62,615 bases of DNA, filler included, from Stramenopiles sp. TOSAG23-2 (GCA_900128395.1; 11 parts of 11 records of this genome joined end to end with filler, not necessarily neighbours in it); one strand, 5' to 3'; shown: positions 41,721 to 53,641, numbered from the whole stretch's first letter. The notes: generated by a model not told the origin, from the letters alone. Translations and numbers: made by a program.

Positions 41721-42484
41721 CTTCTACTTTCTCTAGAAGTTATTCCATAACCCTATATTCTAACCCCCCTTTCTGTAGAAGTTTTTGGGGCCAAAAGTGT
41801 TGTTCGCGGATTCAGCATAGACTTAGTAGAAAAAGTCATAAAGTCATGGGTGAATCGAGAAACAAAACTTTTTTCTTCCGGGGTAGTGGTCAAAACTTCC
41901 AAATATTTATTTATTTTTTTATTTCAGAAGTTTTTAAAGCCTATGTAATGCTATGTATAATATAACAATAGGGTTAAAAAACTTCTAGAGAAAGTTTAAT
42001 TGTACGCCCATGGCAAATGCAGCTAGATGTTGCAATAAACCACTTCATTGGAAGCGTTCTGATACCATAAATTTATCACTTTATTGTGGATTTATTGGCT
42101 TGCCCATTTTCATTGCTCTAATTATTTTTTTTTCCCATGGTTATTGCCTTTCGATTTGATGACATCAACGTGGTTTAAGATTGTATGGAATCACAATTTA
42201 ACAATGGTTGGAATTGTGACAGGATACAAGATTGTGGATCGTGGGGGAAAGTTTGTAGTAAGGCAAATAATCCAGATATTAGAAAAACACGGATGTGATT
42301 GCAATTATAGGAAGACAGGCAGATGGAAAAGTGTCTGTGTAAAAATTGGCAATGTCATGCCCCAGGTTCAAAATTTGTTTTACCTGAGCGGTAACACGCG
42401 CCCAGGGATTTGCTGTGTGATTTGAACCTCTACAGAAAGTGGGGATAAAGAATAGGGTTATAAAACTTCTAGATAAAGTGGAAG
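41721..42484. mobile_element. Putative non-autonomous DNA transposon with imperfect inverted ends of about 60 bp
   Basis: 41721-41783 (cttctactttctctagaagtt...ataaccctat...ctttctgtagaagtt) is an imperfect inverted copy of 42425-42484. A third partial copy lies at 41967-41995. Confidence 0.5.
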
Positions 42485-42609
42485 AAGGGCAAAATTTAAA
42501 AATTCAAAATATTTAACACCCACATACTTTACACCCACATACTTCACACCTTAATTTTTATGCGTCGTATTTTTTAGTTCAATTTTTCTCCTTCTCTACT
42601 TCTTGACTT

Positions 42610-43670
42610 TCATTTTAATCTTCTTCGACGACGACGGCGTCGACGATCGCAAGTACCACGCTTATTCCAATTTCTGTTAATATCTGTAACGGAATGACTG
42701 TTTGTATCTCTAATATCAGGACCAAACGGTCTGCACCATTTTTGATACGCGGGCTTTTTACGCGATTCTTCCCCAGTTCTCTTCCCAACGATAGCACATC
42801 TTATGAGTCTATTAATACAAGGCACTGTTGTTTTTTCTCCACTTGCAACCATACGAGGGGAACCAACTGCATGCCTAACGTCAGAGCAATCCCAATGCCA
42901 TTGTTGTGTTCTTCCACGATGGTATAACCACCATTTATGTAGATTGGGTGGACAGCCATCAGCACAACAGCCTTTTTTCTTATCCCAATCACGATTAACA
43001 GTATTAATTTTCATTGTGAATTGACCGGTGCGTGGCCAAGTTTGTCCAATTAATTCTGGCAAACATGCATCAATATCCTTTTGTGAATGTTCCTCACGTG
43101 CCCGACAATTATCATAACAGTCCCATGTCCATGCTGGTCCACTGTATATATCAAAATATCTTTCCCATTTGATATCCTTGCCGCATTTATTGTCGGTACA
43201 ACATCCCCTCTTGTCATCCCAATTTCTAATTATTTTTACATTTTTCCCACCAAATGCAGCATTACCAGTTTCTAAAGTCTTATCTATACAATATTGTTTA
43301 TGCCCATCTTTACGTGCTCTGCAATTATCGTTACAGTCATAGACGTCCCCTTTGTGGTATTGCTTTAACCAATGTTTAAACTTCTGCTCGCAATCTGGTT
43401 TTGGATCTGGTTTTGGATCTGGTTTTGGGTCAGGACCTTCACAACTACCATCATCCTGCGTTGCTTTTTTATTAAAATTCTTTGCGTTCGCATCCATGCA
43501 TCCTTTCACTGGAAGCTGACATGAGCCATCATCTTCCGTTGCCTCCGCATTATAATTAGTAGCACCCGAATTCATGCAGCCTTTGATCGGAGGTGGAAGT
43601 GGAAATTTACAAGATCCATCTTCTATTTCTGCTTCAGGATTGTAATTTTCCGCCTCAGAATCCATACATC
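42610..43670 (-). CDS. Cys-rich extracellular-type protein, 5' truncated: GCMD..A.NYN..A..DDGSC repeats, PDPK linker, three Cys/Trp repeats, poly-Arg tail
   Basis: Three GC(M)xxxAxN(Y/F)NxxAxx(E/D)DGSC units, then three units sharing (W/Y)DCxD...RxW(D/N)...GxC. The frame is open to the contig edge. Confidence 0.8.
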
Positions 43671-43770
43671 NNNNNNNNNNNNNNNNNNNNNNNNNNNNNN
43701 NNNNNNNNNNNNNNTTAATTAATTAANNNNNNNNNNNNNNNNNNNNNNNNNNNNNNNNNNNNNNNNNNNN
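43671..43770. other. Artificial contig linker
   Basis: N44-TTAATTAATTAA-N44. Confidence 0.99.
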
Positions 43771-43795
43771 TCTGAAACATAAAGTATAAAATGGA

Positions 43796-43826
<31 letters not shown>

Positions 43827-43843
43827 ATTTAATATTGTAATAA

Positions 43844-44035
43844 TTAGAAAAGCAAGCATGCTGATGATGCTTTGACATTCATGATTCCATTACTCATAGG
43901 TAATACTTGCATTGTTGGATAGAAAGACATTAAATCTCTCCCTGTTCCATTTGCACGATATGCTGGCACATAATTACGTGATGGTGATGATTTTTGTCTA
44001 GTAGTTCGCTGTGGTGGTGGTCCATCAAAATACAT
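43844..44035 (-). CDS. Probable first exon of a gene running off the contig (MYFDGPPPQ...YRANGTGRD)
   Basis: ATG at 44035. A YxxxGTGRD motif as seen in some ciliary proteins. An AT-rich intron-like tract follows and ends in TTTCAG near 43772; the donor site was not identified. Confidence 0.35.
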   Translation of the reverse strand: MYFDGPPPQRTTRQKSSPSRNYVPAYRANGTGRDLMSFYPTMQVLPMSNGIMNVKASSACLLF

Positions 44036-44116
44036 ATTTATTATTATTATTATTATTATTACAATCGTTTTTTTTTTTTCTGAATATATATATATATATG
44101 TCTTGTATAGAACTGT

Positions 44117-44243
44117 GTTTTCTGTTGAGTTGTTAAGCCTTTTCAAATGTCAATGTGTTTATTGTCGAGTTGTTCAGCCTCTGGAAATATCAATGTTTTC
44201 TGTCGAGTTGTTAAGCATAACTCTCTGCAAATGTCAATGTGTA
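44117..44243. repeat. Diverged tandem repeat, about 40-bp unit, 3 copies
   Basis: tgttttctgt(t/c)gagttgtt(a/c)agc...aaat(g/a)tcaatgt repeated. Confidence 0.65.
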
Positions 44244-44904
44244 CATACGGCCCTTGTCTTTTTAATATATAATATATATAATAATGTGTCCGTATGTACA
44301 TTTGATATCTATATATTTTCAATTGTTTTTCAAGTAACTGATATATATTTTAACAACTTGGATGTAAACATTAAGGTATTTTACCGCTAGAATACGACGA
44401 AAGTTTACCATAACTTCTATTTACATTGTATCTAGTACAGTACCACCAGTGGTATGGTGGTAGAGTGTTTCATAAAAAAAGATGAATAACAGCTTCTGTG
44501 TAAGCGTAGGAATATTTTAATGCTATTGGCATTGCTCCTTTTCCTAAAATTCCACCTGTAAATACCTGGTATACCACTGACGAGGAAGCAAAGACTAATA
44601 AGAACATTACTCACAACTTTCTGTAAATCATTTTACTCTTCATAACTAAACCAATAAATGTGATGGCTATTGTCTGAAAATTATGGCTATATTCGGAAAC
44701 TTTTCTCACTGATGGACATCGACACGAAGCACATCATCCAAATTTCCAAGAAGAATAATTAATTTTCACCAACCATAGAAATAATCGCTAAAGGAATATA
44801 TATACAATTTGATAGAATTTGTGTGTGAATAAAGACAGGGAAAAAAAGAAAACGGTATACATAGTATAAAGAAGTAAAACATACAAGTAACAACAAGAAC
44901 AACC

Positions 44905-45867
44905 ATGAAATTAGCACAAATAATAACAGTAGCAATCCTGTTGCTATCCCTCGTTGCGTCGTTTCAACAAATAGGTATATATGCCGCGGAGGAGGATAGT
45001 ACTAATGCAGAAACAACCACAGAAGATGATACGAAGAAGGATGAAGGGGATGACGATATCTTGGATCTATCTGGGGATGATATGACAGTTAAACAACCAA
45101 GTTTTGATGAACCTGTTCCTGAAGGTTGGGAACCTATTAAAGATATTGGTGCAGATTTAGCATGTTCTGCATGTGAAACTATTGTGGATAGGTTACAAGG
45201 TCAAATGAGAACGGCTGAACGTGCAGCAAAAGAACAAGTAAAAAAAGAAAGAAAATTAGCAGAAAAAGAAGACGATGGTGAGAAAAAAGAAGAAGGAGAA
45301 GATGCAGACGCAGAGAAAAAAGAAGAAGGAGAAGATGCCGATGCAGAGAAGAAAGGCGATGATAAGGATGATGCGAAAAAAAAAGATAAGAAGAAGAAGA
45401 AGGATAAAAAAGACAAGAAGAAGAAAGATAAGAAGAAGAAAGAGGATGTTAAAATTGATAAAAAAGAAGTTGCAGCATTTGTTGTGAACCAAGCCTGTAA
45501 TCATACAAATTTTATTGGTATGTCAAAAATAGGTTCCTATCCAGGTAGAAAATATACTTTTGCCAATTACGATACTGCAGGGTTGAAACCAACACATCGA
45601 AGGGATGTAACAAATATTTGCAAACATATACTCAGCGATGATGATACAAAAGCATATGTAGTTAAAGCATTAGCTGGTAGTGGGAAAACAAAAGTAAAAC
45701 GAATGAAAAGAAATTTATGTGAAAGACGTGCTAAAGTTTGTAAATCAGCTGCATTAGGGTATGAAGCAGAAAGTGCATGTGTTATGAAAAGTATGCGTGC
45801 ATTTGATAAGGGTGATTATGAGAAAGCAAAGCAATATGCAGCAGATTGTGGCGCAACTACTGTTTAA
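44905..45867 (+). CDS. Secreted saposin-like / Canopy (DUF3456)-type protein with Lys/Asp-rich insert
   Basis: Signal peptide; saposin-type Cys pattern ACSACETIV...AC...NICKHIL...NLCERRAKVC. Confidence 0.7.
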   Translation: MKLAQIITVAILLLSLVASFQQIGIYAAEEDSTNAETTTEDDTKKDEGDDDILDLSGDDMTVKQPSFDEPVPEGWEPIKDIGADLACSACETIVDRLQGQMRTAERAAKEQVKKERKLAEKEDDGEKKEEGEDADAEKKEEGEDADAEKKGDDKDDAKKKDKKKKKDKKDKKKKDKKKKEDVKIDKKEVAAFVVNQACNHTNFIGMSKIGSYPGRKYTFANYDTAGLKPTHRRDVTNICKHILSDDDTKAYVVKALAGSGKTKVKRMKRNLCERRAKVCKSAALGYEAESACVMKSMRAFDKGDYEKAKQYAADCGATTV

Positions 45868-46574
45868 TAATATGCTGCATTGGTTTGCCTACAAAAATTT
45901 TTTTTGGTCATGTGTGTGTGTGTATCATATAATATAATATTTGTGATGTATATGAGAGTGAGTTGCGCATTTTAATCGAAATATCAAAAATACTATCATA
46001 GGTATCATATATGAATACAGCAAAAAGTAAAAAATACACCGCACACGAGAAGTTATTTTCTTGTTCATATTTTAAAGCACGCTCTTCTCATCTTTCAGTT
46101 TTCTCATATCCTTACTAAAAATGTATCTGGAGAGAGATTAAAATATGTGCATCATAGTGCATAGAGTCTATGCATAATATGATATTTATTGATATGCATA
46201 TCCTTTTTCTCGTATTTTACCACAGGTATTATATAGTATATTCCTGAAATATCAATTTACATATATTTTTATCAATATAAAAATATCCATAAAATTAAAA
46301 GGCGCAAAATTTTTTTACCAAATTTACAAATAATCCTATGTAGACCAGTAGACTTGCAAGCATATAAAATCGAAAAAATAATGAGCTATATATTATTATA
46401 CCGTACAGGTAGCGAACTACCCCACAACTACCGGCTACCGGATGTCGTAGATATAGAAGGTGCTAAGTTGAAGATGGAAAACATGAAAACATATGAAGAA
46501 AAGACAATATACAAAACACATGATACGTTTCCGCCTAGACAACAAACAACTAGACAACAAACGAATAGACAATA

Positions 46575-46661
46575 ATAACAGCAGATAATCATACACAACA
46601 CTACTGCAAACACCAACAATAACAGCAGATAATCATACACAGCACTATTGCAAACACCAAC
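46575..46661. repeat. 44-bp near-perfect tandem duplication upstream of the Rh gene
   Basis: ataacagcagataatcatacaca(a/g)cacta(c/t)tgcaaacaccaac occurs twice. Confidence 0.85.
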
Positions 46662-46676
46662 CACTTTTTTTTTTGC

Positions 46677-48178
46677 ATGATAAATCAAAACAATATGAAT
46701 TATAAACCATTAGGACGACCGGGTGAAACATCATCTTCCGCAAATGAAAATGGGCATCATTATAATAATTATGGAGCTTCCATTGAGGAAATATCAAATC
46801 GTGAAGGAAAACGCTTGGCAACTATAGTTGGTGCCTTTATGGTATTCATTTTAACTATGTTTTACCTCTTTGTTGAATATCCAGAGCAAGTTTTTGAATT
46901 AAAAGAAGATGTACAATATGTTTTCTATCTAAACGTCACCATAATGATGCTTGTTGGCTTTGGGTATCTCATGACTTTTATGCGAGACTATGGATTAGGT
47001 GCAGTTGGTTTTACGTTTTTAATTACCACCATATGTATTCCTCTTGCTGTATTAACAGGACGATTCTTTGCTTCAGTGGCAAATAATGGAAGTGATGGAT
47101 ATCCAGGTGTTAAAACTGGGCGCAATGAAACGCAAGCATGGGGTAAAGTAGAGCTTAACGTGAACAGTTTATTGCAAGGGAATTTTGCAGCAGCAGCAGT
47201 ATTAATTTCATTTGGAGCCTTAATTGGAAAAATTACACCTTCACAAACCGCATTACTTGCAATATTGGAAGTACCGTTTTATTCATTTAACAAAGAAGTT
47301 TTGTGCATTGGAAAAATTGGAACTCTTGATATGGGTGGAACTATTTTTATCCATCTGTTTGGTGCATACTTTGGTTTAGCAGCGTCATGGGTACTTGGAC
47401 CTCCGCCAAAAAATTCAGATGAAAATGCAGAGCCAAGTAAAATATCTGATGTTTTCTCATTGATTGGCACTGTCATGTTATGGGTATATTGGCCTAGTTT
47501 TAATGGCGCAACTGCTCCAATTGGACAAAACCAACAATTATTGACGACGGTAAATACTGTCATGTCATTATGTGCAAGTTGTTTAACAACATTTGTTGTT
47601 AGTGCAATAATTAATGGCAAAATTTCAACAGTTGATATTCAAAATGCAACGTTGGCAGGTGGAGTAGCTGTCGGCGCTGCTTCGAATTTACACATAACAC
47701 CATTCTTTTCCTTGTTAATTGGTACACTTGCCGCTATCGTATCTGTAATTGGATTTAATAAATTACAAAGTAAATTGGAAGACGGAATTAATTTGCATGA
47801 TAGTTGTGGCGTACATAATCTTCATGGCATGCCAGCTATTTTAGGAAGTGTAAGTATACATTATACATATGTATAAATATATATATATGCAAAAGCTGCT
47901 TTTCTAACATTAAATTAATTACATATGTATTTATAAAGATTGCGGTAAGCATAGCTGTAAGTTCAATATCAGCAAAAAATCATGGCGATGTTTATTTCCC
48001 AAAAGGTAATAATCAAGGGTGGGCCCAAATCGGTGGTGCTGCGTGTACGTTTGGAGTTGCAATCGTATCCGGTTTATTGACAGGCTTTATCATTAAAAAA
48101 TGTCTTCCACGAGATGGAAACATGCAACCTTTTCAAGATGTCTTCTTTTGGACAGTCGCGACGAAGAAAGTCGATTAA
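46677..48178 (+). CDS. Rh: Rhesus-type ammonium transporter; two exons (46677-47849, 47939-48178)
   Basis: [64 protein letters not shown]. Exon 2 adds the last TM helix and the Rh-typical FQDVFFWTV. Confidence 0.95.
47850..47938 (+). other. Spliceosomal intron (89 nt, phase 0)
   Basis: GTAAGT donor, TTCTAAC branch-like site at 47902-47908, and AAG acceptor. Splicing restores the Rh frame. Confidence 0.9.
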
Positions 48179-48506
48179 AAAAAAAAAAGTCATTTTCCTC
48201 TCCGAATTTTTACTTTATTTGATTTAGCTTACTTAAAATACGTCGTGTATATTTTTTTAAATATATAAAAATTTTTATCTTCACAAGACTCATATATTTA
48301 ATACGTATCACCACACCAGCACACGAGAAGTTCGTAAAAAAATATATTTTTTTACGAGTATAATACCTCGGTATTGTTTATTTTTAAACTGTGTACACGT
48401 TCACAAAAATATTACGAACGTAAATTATATGTGTGTGCATATTTTAAAATACGCATATCATATCATATTATAATTTAATTATCATATCATAATGCATAAA
48501 TATTTT

Positions 48507-50510
48507 TTAAAGCACGCTCTTCTTATCTTCCTCTAACAATATAGATTGTTTCATCATATTTGCATCATGCCGAATTTGTCTTAATGCCTTTGCATTTTTT
48601 GCAATTAATTTCTCTACTTCATCATCATTTAAATAATCATCTTCCTCAATATCATCAATTTCTAAATCTTCTTCATTTAAATCAAAAAAACCATTTAATC
48701 CACGACGTGATTCGGATGTTGCTAATGTTTTCTTCGTATTATTGTTGTTATTCCCTTCTCCTACATTATCTTCGTCGCTATTATTACCACCATACTTGCT
48801 TTGTTTTATAAACATTGCATTGTTTTTATTTGCTTCAGATAATTCTTTTTTTAAACGTTGATTTTCTTCCCATAATTTCGTAGTGTATGTACCTAATGAT
48901 TCACTTTTTGTTGTTATGTCTGTATCAACTTGTTCCGCTATATTAGTTACAATTGTAGAACCTTTTTCAACATTATTTTTTTTTAATTCTTTTTCCAATA
49001 ATGAAATTTGTTTTCTAAGACGTTCATTTTCATTTTTAATCATAAACATATTTGCATTTTCTACACGTAATATTTGTATCTCTTGCATAATATCATTCAT
49101 ATTTTCTCCATTGCTTGTAGTATTATTTTCATTATTTTTTTTTAATTGTTCAATTTCACTTTCTTGCATTTCTACAATTTCAAATAATTTACGTATCATT
49201 TGATGTGGATCACTTGGATCAGCTAAAGATATACTATTTGCAAGTGCATCGTAACTACTATCTCGTTTTGTATTGCTATTACTTTCATCATCATCTCGAG
49301 TGTCATTTCCCCGCACTTCTTCTTCTTCTTCTTCCATTGCTTTTTGTGATCGTATATAATTACCATCTTCAATAATAATATTATTCTCATCTGTTACTTG
49401 TATATTCATTAAATTAAATTTACCACGTAAACGATCAACAAATGATCCACGTTTTTTTTTACTTTTCTTACGTTGTGCTTGTTGTTCCACTTTTTTCTTT
49501 TTCTCTTCCTCTGCACGTTTTTCCGCTGCAATTTCTTCTTCATCTTGTTGGTCTTTATTCATCACACCAGTTGCTAAATATTCCATCATAATAGGATGAT
49601 TATTTAAAAAATCAGAACGAAATAATTTTTTCGATTTTTTTGGTAATTGTTTTTGTAATTTTGCAAATGTTGCTTCTCGTGATGTTAATGATCCATCATT
49701 ATTAGTATTATTATTACTATTATTTTGTTGTTTATTATTTAATGCTAAGACAGGCGCAATGTTCAATTTTAAACTATTGTCCGTACGTTGTGCTGGTGCA
49801 GTGGAAGGCCTTTCTAATGCTGCATTTATATTACCACTACCAGCAATCGTTTTCGTCGTGGAATAATACGACATGGCTAATTCTTTATCAAGACTTTGTA
49901 TACGCTCACCATCTAAATATTGTAATTTTCGTATTTTTGTAACAATAGCATGGCGATATTCCATATCAAAGGAACATGGATTACCATCTAAATCAAGCTT
50001 TTGCAATTTTCCCAATCCTTTCAATTCTGCTACTGTATCATCTAAATCATTGATGCAATTTCGATATAGACATATTTGTTTTAATTCCGGCATAGTTTTT
50101 GATAAATTTTGTATCGAAATTAATTTATTATTGGACAAAAATAATTTTTCTAATAACGGTAGTTTAAACCCGTGTAAACTACATATATTATTAAAGTTTA
50201 AATTCAATTCAATTAATGATGTTAAAGTAGTAAATGTCTTTAACGATGAAATATTATTATGTGATAATGATAACAATTCTAAATTTTCTAATTGTTTTGC
50301 ACTATCAATTGAAAATCCAGATATATTTTGTGAACGTAATATTAACTCGGATACATGTTGTAAATCTGTTTCACCGGAATATTCAAAAATTATCGTTTGA
50401 TCAATAACACTCGTTTCTGGCTCTTCTTGCATATTTCTTTTTTTCATTGCAATCCGCCGTTCCGATTGTAAAGTACGATTTGATATTTGATCCAATGATT
50501 GATTCGACAT
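48507..50510 (-). CDS. SDS22-type leucine-rich-repeat plus coiled-coil protein (likely centrosomal/ciliary)
   Basis: LxxLxLxxN repeats (LELLSLSHNNI, LIELNLNFNNI, LEKLFLSNNKL) and the LRR cap LDLDGNPC...YR...LQYLDG, followed by a C-terminal coiled coil. Confidence 0.88.
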   Translation of the reverse strand: MSNQSLDQISNRTLQSERRIAMKKRNMQEEPETSVIDQTIIFEYSGETDLQHVSELILRSQNISGFSIDSAKQLENLELLSLSHNNISSLKTFTTLTSLIELNLNFNNICSLHGFKLPLLEKLFLSNNKLISIQNLSKTMPELKQICLYRNCINDLDDTVAELKGLGKLQKLDLDGNPCSFDMEYRHAIVTKIRKLQYLDGERIQSLDKELAMSYYSTTKTIAGSGNINAALERPSTAPAQRTDNSLKLNIAPVLALNNKQQNNSNNNTNNDGSLTSREATFAKLQKQLPKKSKKLFRSDFLNNHPIMMEYLATGVMNKDQQDEEEIAAEKRAEEEKKKKVEQQAQRKKSKKKRGSFVDRLRGKFNLMNIQVTDENNIIIEDGNYIRSQKAMEEEEEEVRGNDTRDDDESNSNTKRDSSYDALANSISLADPSDPHQMIRKLFEIVEMQESEIEQLKKNNENNTTSNGENMNDIMQEIQILRVENANMFMIKNENERLRKQISLLEKELKKNNVEKGSTIVTNIAEQVDTDITTKSESLGTYTTKLWEENQRLKKELSEANKNNAMFIKQSKYGGNNSDEDNVGEGNNNNNTKKTLATSESRRGLNGFFDLNEEDLEIDDIEEDDYLNDDEVEKLIAKNAKALRQIRHDANMMKQSILLEEDKKSVL

Positions 50511-50937
50511 TGTAGCAATTTGGGAAAAAATTTGTTGTCGTTGTTATGTGGTTTGCTTTTTTTTAAATATAGTTGTGTTTGATTGTTCGTTTCTCTGTCT
50601 TGGTATATATTATTTTCTATAAAAAATGTTGTTTATAATTATATTACATGTTAAATGTATTATTATTATAATTTGAAACAGGTTTTTTTTAACGATTTAC
50701 ACCATAACAGGTTAAGGAGAAAATAACCAGGACTGGGCAGGCTCGTCAGGCGTGTGTTGAATGTATTTATTTTTTCAATAACCTGGTTCATACCTTACGA
50801 GGCGTTAGTGCGATTTAGATTTAGATTTATATTCGATTTCGGAGGGCGTAAAACAGTAGTAGACTACCGGTACAGACAGGGATGAAGTCGCCTATTAAAA
50901 TATTATATTTCTTTTTTTTTTTTTTTTTTTTTTTTTT

Positions 50938-51037
50938 NNNNNNNNNNNNNNNNNNNNNNNNNNNNNNNNNNNNNNNNNNNNTTAATTAATTAANNNNNNN
51001 NNNNNNNNNNNNNNNNNNNNNNNNNNNNNNNNNNNNN
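50938..51037. other. Artificial contig linker
   Basis: N44-TTAATTAATTAA-N44. Confidence 0.99.
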
Positions 51038-51491
51038 GAATAAACGGGACACAACGGACCGAGCAAAGCGAGGTGTATGGGACGAAAAAAGAGGAAAAGA
51101 GAGAAAAAAGAAGAAAATTAGTATAGTATTTTGTACCTAAATGTTCCTACTATTTGTGTCCCGGGACCTATTTAAAATGGTGCCAAAACCCTAATTTTAA
51201 CACTTATACCGGATATTTTTCAATATAGTTTTTTGATTGTTATTTTATGGTACAAATAGTAAAATACTCTGATTTTCCATAAAACTCGATTCCTTTACCT
51301 AAAATTTTGATTTCGCTCCTTCGGCATCATATGATAGGAGAAATGAAACAAATCCTGTAAAAGTTGTGCTGTGAAAATTATTTCTCAAATTAAAATTAAC
51401 CTTACAGTACTATATCTATACTTAAAAAACATTTATAAATTGTAAAAAAAGGCAAATATTAGTTTATTGTCTTTTTGAGCACAAATATATA

Positions 51492-51663
51492 CTGTAACAA
51501 GTATGAATAACAACATCAAGCAGCTGAGAGTGTTTCATATATTTGATATTCCTATCATAAAGTATTTTAGATAATTTCTGTAACAAGTATGAATAACAAC
51601 ATCAAGCAGCTGAGAGTGTTTCATATATTTGATATTCCTATCATAAAGTATTTTAGATAATTT
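51492..51663. repeat. Exact 86-bp tandem duplication
   Basis: ctgtaacaagtatgaataac...agataattt at 51492 and 51578. Confidence 0.93.
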
Positions 51664-52409
51664 ACACATTTTTCGCCATGTATGAAATTTTAGAAATAAA
51701 TTACTCAGCATTGGATTTGTTAATTTTTATTATCTTGATAGGGTTTTTACTTTTCCTATTGTTTAAGTCATACTTAAGTTTGTGTCCCGGGGGGTACTAA
51801 AATGGAGAGTTTGAACTCTCCATAACTCTCCATTCTCTCCAGCTACAGTTTTTATATTCTAACAACTCTCCATTTTCCTATCAAGAGAAAATGGAGAGTT
51901 CCAACTCTCCATTTTTTTTTTGCCTATGTAATTAAATGTATGTTGTACTTAAAAAAGGTATTCTTTTGTGTCCCGGGGCTTGGAGGGGCGTGAGTCGCCC
52001 CAACAAATCTTAAATTCGATGCAGGCCGTTAGGTGTGGTTTTTCATTATACTAACAAGTATAGATTGCTAGGTCAATCAACAACATCTTTTTTTTACTCT
52101 TCTATATTCTTCTATCTATTTTTTACTAAAACACAATAAAATAAATAAAACTTTATTACAATTTACAGATACAGAGATATATACATCATCTTTCTCTCAA
52201 AGGTAAAGATAAAAGAAGATAGAAAGAACATTTTAATATTATCATTATTATTGTTATTATTTCTTATTAGTATCATATAAAATAAAAGAATTGAAAGAAA
52301 CTTTATATATATTAATATTTGTGAGGAAAATATCGAAAAGAATATAAGAATTAACACATTATTTTTATAATATATATAAAATATTTTACAAGTAAAAATA
52401 ACTATTTGG

Positions 52410-52440
<31 letters not shown>

Positions 52441-52441
52441 G

Positions 52442-53101
52442 ATGTGTTGTTCATGCTGTGTATCTTTATTGAATTTTTTCAATAGGATTATTAACTTTAT
52501 ATTATGTATAGCTGGTTTGTGCGTGTTTTCTTGGGGAATGTATTTATTTTCATTAGCAGAATGGCAACCACAAGCAACTATTATTATAATTATTAGCACA
52601 GGCTTTGTACTTGCTTTAACTACTGGTGTATTTAGTGTAGTTGGACATAAAAAACCAACGTATATAACAGTCTATAAAGTTATGATCATTTTATTGATCT
52701 TGTTCAACATAGTATTGGCATGTGCATGTTTAATACCAGAACTACAAGATGATATTATTGATGAAGTAACGGGAGGTGCAGATAAAAGTTTAAAAGCAAA
52801 ATTGAAAAGCAATATCATCTTATCCGGTTACATTTTAGCTGGGATCACGGTGTTAGAAATTTTATCCCTCGTATTAGGTCAATGTAGAAGAAACGATTTG
52901 TTATATCGTAAAGAATTGTCATTAAATGAAGAAGCTGATAGTAGATATGAATATCAAGTATTAGAAAATGGAAAACGTACAAAGAGTTTACAAAATATTA
53001 CGTTAAGCGTTGATGATGACCCAGATGATTTACGTAGTAATTATCAAAAAAAATACGCACATTTATATGAAAAATATGGAATTAAACGCGAAAAAGTTTA
53101 G
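52442..53101 (+). CDS. Four-TM tetraspanin-like protein (TOM2A-like)
   Basis: Cys-rich N-terminus MCCSCC, four TM segments with a short extracellular loop, and C-terminal YEKYGI resembling the TOM2A-type REKYGL. Confidence 0.7.
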   Translation: MCCSCCVSLLNFFNRIINFILCIAGLCVFSWGMYLFSLAEWQPQATIIIIISTGFVLALTTGVFSVVGHKKPTYITVYKVMIILLILFNIVLACACLIPELQDDIIDEVTGGADKSLKAKLKSNIILSGYILAGITVLEILSLVLGQCRRNDLLYRKELSLNEEADSRYEYQVLENGKRTKSLQNITLSVDDDPDDLRSNYQKKYAHLYEKYGIKREKV

Positions 53102-53641
53102 AAAAATTCAAGTAAAAAACACATTGTATAATAATATGGTTTGCATGTGTGATATCGCTTATTTTACAAAACCACAATGTATCTATATATGTGACATGCG
53201 AGAGAGAGTTTGGCACCACAAGAAGATCTAGATATATACATTATATATATATATATATATATTATATATATCCAAAGTCCTCCTCTATAAAATATATATA
53301 TATGTTTTTATCTTCAATATTTATTTCATTTATTCTATATACCCGAGAGTAAAAAAACGCATAAGCACATACAAGACACATACACAGTATTATTAATACA
53401 CAGAAGAAAGTATTTGTGTTTTATGTACCTGGTATATTAATAGTACAATATTTCTCCTATCAACAACCACCCTCGCCAGAAAAATGACCACACACACGAC
53501 ACACGCACAAAAATAATAAACTGGAAAACAAATATATGCCACATGATATATTTATTAGAATCGAAACATGTAGATGAAAAAGAAATAAATTATATATATA
53601 TATATATATATAAGGATCTATAATGGAAAATACAAGGAACA

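Noticed and set aside
50912..50937. Poly-T run as a retroelement tail
   Set aside because: It sits at a contig end with no adjoining element or target-site duplication visible, and homopolymers commonly break assemblies.
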